The translations under genes and the position numbers were made by a program. A stretch of 64,000 nucleotides of DNA, taken from an uncultured cyanobacterium (GTDB lineage Bacteria; Cyanobacteriota; Cyanobacteriia; Cyanobacteriales; Nostocaceae). The DNA is taken from positions 4,192,001-4,256,000 of the forward strand of contig OY970166.1 of NCBI GenBank assembly GCA_963706595.1. The letters are read 5' to 3'. Shown here piece after piece: positions 61,879 through 64,000 of this stretch. Within the stretch, counting starts at the first letter, position 1. Each line of letters opens with the position of its first letter. A model generated the notes under the pieces. It was not told the origin of the DNA and made no database searches. It saw only the letters and a list, made by a program, of their open reading frames with translations.

Positions 61879-63313
61879 GAGTTTGAAGAATTACTGAGTA
61901 TGGCTATAAAAAAGTGCTGAGTGCTGTCAAGCCCTGCGGGCATAGAGCTAGGTGCTAAGTGCCGAGTATAAACCCAATCGCTGGACTTTTAAGACAACCG
62001 CTACAGATGGGTTTATTTTTTCAATTGGTAGTGCTTAAAACATCAATTTTACGACTTTCCTCGAATTAGATAACTTAGTCGCTCAATGCTGCAAATGTTT
62101 TTTGTTTCACACCAAGGTAGGTAGCCTCTGGGGCGGCTTAGACGACGTTTCCCAAGCTAGGTAGCGCCAAGGAATAAATACAGAAAACCAGAGTATGGAT
62201 TAAATACATGAAAACTACTGTAAAACTCAAAAATCAAGTTATTTTTTTACATAAATATTCTCAGTTCTAAGTGTATACATATAAAACGCAGATTTGCAGA
62301 TAAATTTACAGCCTGGAAGTGAGAAATTTTTCTACACTATATTTTCATTGTTTATTCCTGATAGTATTGTCACCCCCTGTAAAAATAATAAATTACATAA
62401 GTCAGATAACAGGCTGAATTTAAAAGATACATGAAGACAATACTAATCACCAAACAAGTTTTTTGTTATTCAATATATGCCAAAAAACTTTAGAGAACCT
62501 CAAAAATGCAAATAGACAGCCTTTTACAGAGTATTAGCGTGACTAAGCTCAAGGATCTTGAGAAAGATATTTTGTAATTTAAAAGACAAGAAAGTAATGG
62601 TTATTACTCTAGTATTAGTAGCTGTGAAATGCCTTCTTAGATGACTAAAGCTCATGTATTTATAGGAAAAAGCCGATGTTAGCCATATTTCATTCTTGAT
62701 TGTTAATGTACTAGAAAGCACAAAATGTAATTAGCATCACTACTGTTAATAATGTCAATTTTTTACCTAGTTCAAGAAGTTAATCCGATATTTTTAGCTG
62801 GGAGGAGAATAAAAGAGGTATTGCATCTAATACCAGACAATACAGTATAAAAAAAGCCCTTTTAAGCAATAGTCAAAATTCACAAATAGCAACTGATGGA
62901 GGATAATGCTCTAACAGATGGAGAGTAAAATTTAAAACTATGTGGTCAAGAATTATTTGTCATTGACTATGAATATTTTGGTACATACCGAGTGTAATTG
63001 TAGAGCCACTACATTACAAAAGTCGCCAAAATTGTAGGCGGTTGGTACAGATAAAACCTTGTAACTTAGACTTTGAACTAATTTCCCTCTGGTTTTGGGC
63101 TTAATACCTCAAAAACTCATGGCTCAGTGCAGTGGTTTAATTGATTACCTTAGTAATCTCTGAAAACTTAATTTTTGGGAGCAATAAATTTGCCCAAAAA
63201 CCCTGAAAACACAACAAAATGAATGTTAATTTTCACCAGATCAGTTTGATCTAAATATTGGTATCAAAATTTTAGTAATATTTAGCACCTGAAACCCAAA
63301 TAGAGGAAAAAAG

Positions 63314-63991
63314 ATGAAGATAATTGCTCACTTGGCTAGCGCATTAATTCTACAAATCTTGGCATTGGCTGCAATGTCTCATATTTCCCCGCAGGAGGCG
63401 ATCGCTGCTCCTCAACAGCAAACAACCCAGAGAATTTGCTCTTTAGATCCAGTTGCAGATTTATTACCGCCACCACCAAGTAAACAAAGTAATTCTTTAC
63501 TGGCTTATCTGACTCAAGAAGGTTTTATCCAAACTGAAGAAGGTGCTTGGGTATGTTATGTGAATGACCCCAAAAAACCGGAGCGATTCTATACCCTGTT
63601 TAAGGTTCAGGAGGTTGATGGCAAGCTGGTAGGAAGTTCTTTTTTAGAGAATGAAAATTTAATTGCTGAACAAGAAAGTCGGACTGTTGACTTTTTCATG
63701 ACCCTGGTTAAGCATCATACGAATACCAGTCTAGAGAACCGTCAAAGTGTACAGAGGTATTTAGAAAGTTTCGTTTCCCTGGTGAAGGAAAAGAAGATAG
63801 AAGCTTCGAGCCGTGGGTTTCTTTTTGACCAACCCAACCGAGCCTTAGTTCTGTACCACGCCATCTCTACAGGAGAACTCAAAGGTACGGCAATCACAAT
63901 TAATATTCAATCACCTCATAACTTGAGTGCTGAATCTGTGAGCAGTGGAATAAAAACATCTTTGAGGGAGAGGTTAAAACGTAATCGCTAA
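63314..63991 (+). CDS. Hypothetical exported protein
   Basis: GAGGA RBS; signal-peptide-like N-terminus ending AIAA; no family recognised. Confidence 0.75.
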   Translation: MKIIAHLASALILQILALAAMSHISPQEAIAAPQQQTTQRICSLDPVADLLPPPPSKQSNSLLAYLTQEGFIQTEEGAWVCYVNDPKKPERFYTLFKVQEVDGKLVGSSFLENENLIAEQESRTVDFFMTLVKHHTNTSLENRQSVQRYLESFVSLVKEKKIEASSRGFLFDQPNRALVLYHAISTGELKGTAITINIQSPHNLSAESVSSGIKTSLRERLKRNR

Positions 63992-64000
63992 ATGATCCCG

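Noticed and set aside
61880..63313. 1.4-kb AT-rich gap as possible ncRNA, riboswitch or hidden gene
   Set aside because: No recognisable riboswitch consensus or credible ORF by eye; an Rfam/Infernal scan and RNA-seq would be needed

Overview
Chromosomal window from a heterocyst-forming-type cyanobacterium (Nostocales-like). Evidence: frequent HIP1 GCGATCGC sites, (GGGGAGT)n STRR arrays, and chlP, ndhH and an hli gene. Most of it is housekeeping and signalling genes: Ser/Thr kinases, NDH-2 paralogues, cystine lyase, folK, a class A PBP, a GGDEF-EAL protein, rsmH, ndhH, hisC, chlP, cysA and tRNA-Gly(CCC). The spacers are crowded with small dispersed repeats and MITEs. The standout is an ~11.6 kb accessory locus (14336-25926). 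It encodes a vWA/MIDAS lipoprotein, a 4-TM membrane protein, a divergent tubulin/FtsZ-like GTPase, a ~1090-aa protein ending in an actin/Hsp70-fold ATPase, and four coiled-coil proteins that together carry five copies of an unnamed ~120-aa domain. One of the four is an envelope-spanning lipoprotein. The locus is a candidate uncharacterised membrane-linked cytoskeletal or conflict system. A second accessory block beside tRNA-Gly holds a CHAT protease-NTPase gene and an NTPase-TM-WD40 gene with near-identical, position-variable 126-bp repeats, plus nested MITEs with 10-bp target duplications and a RelE-type TA pair. Also seen: a rhomboid lacking its catalytic residues, a +1 frameshift in cysA, a probable early nonsense codon in the PBP gene, and a TnpB remnant. 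Family assignments come from motifs read by eye; no database searches were run.
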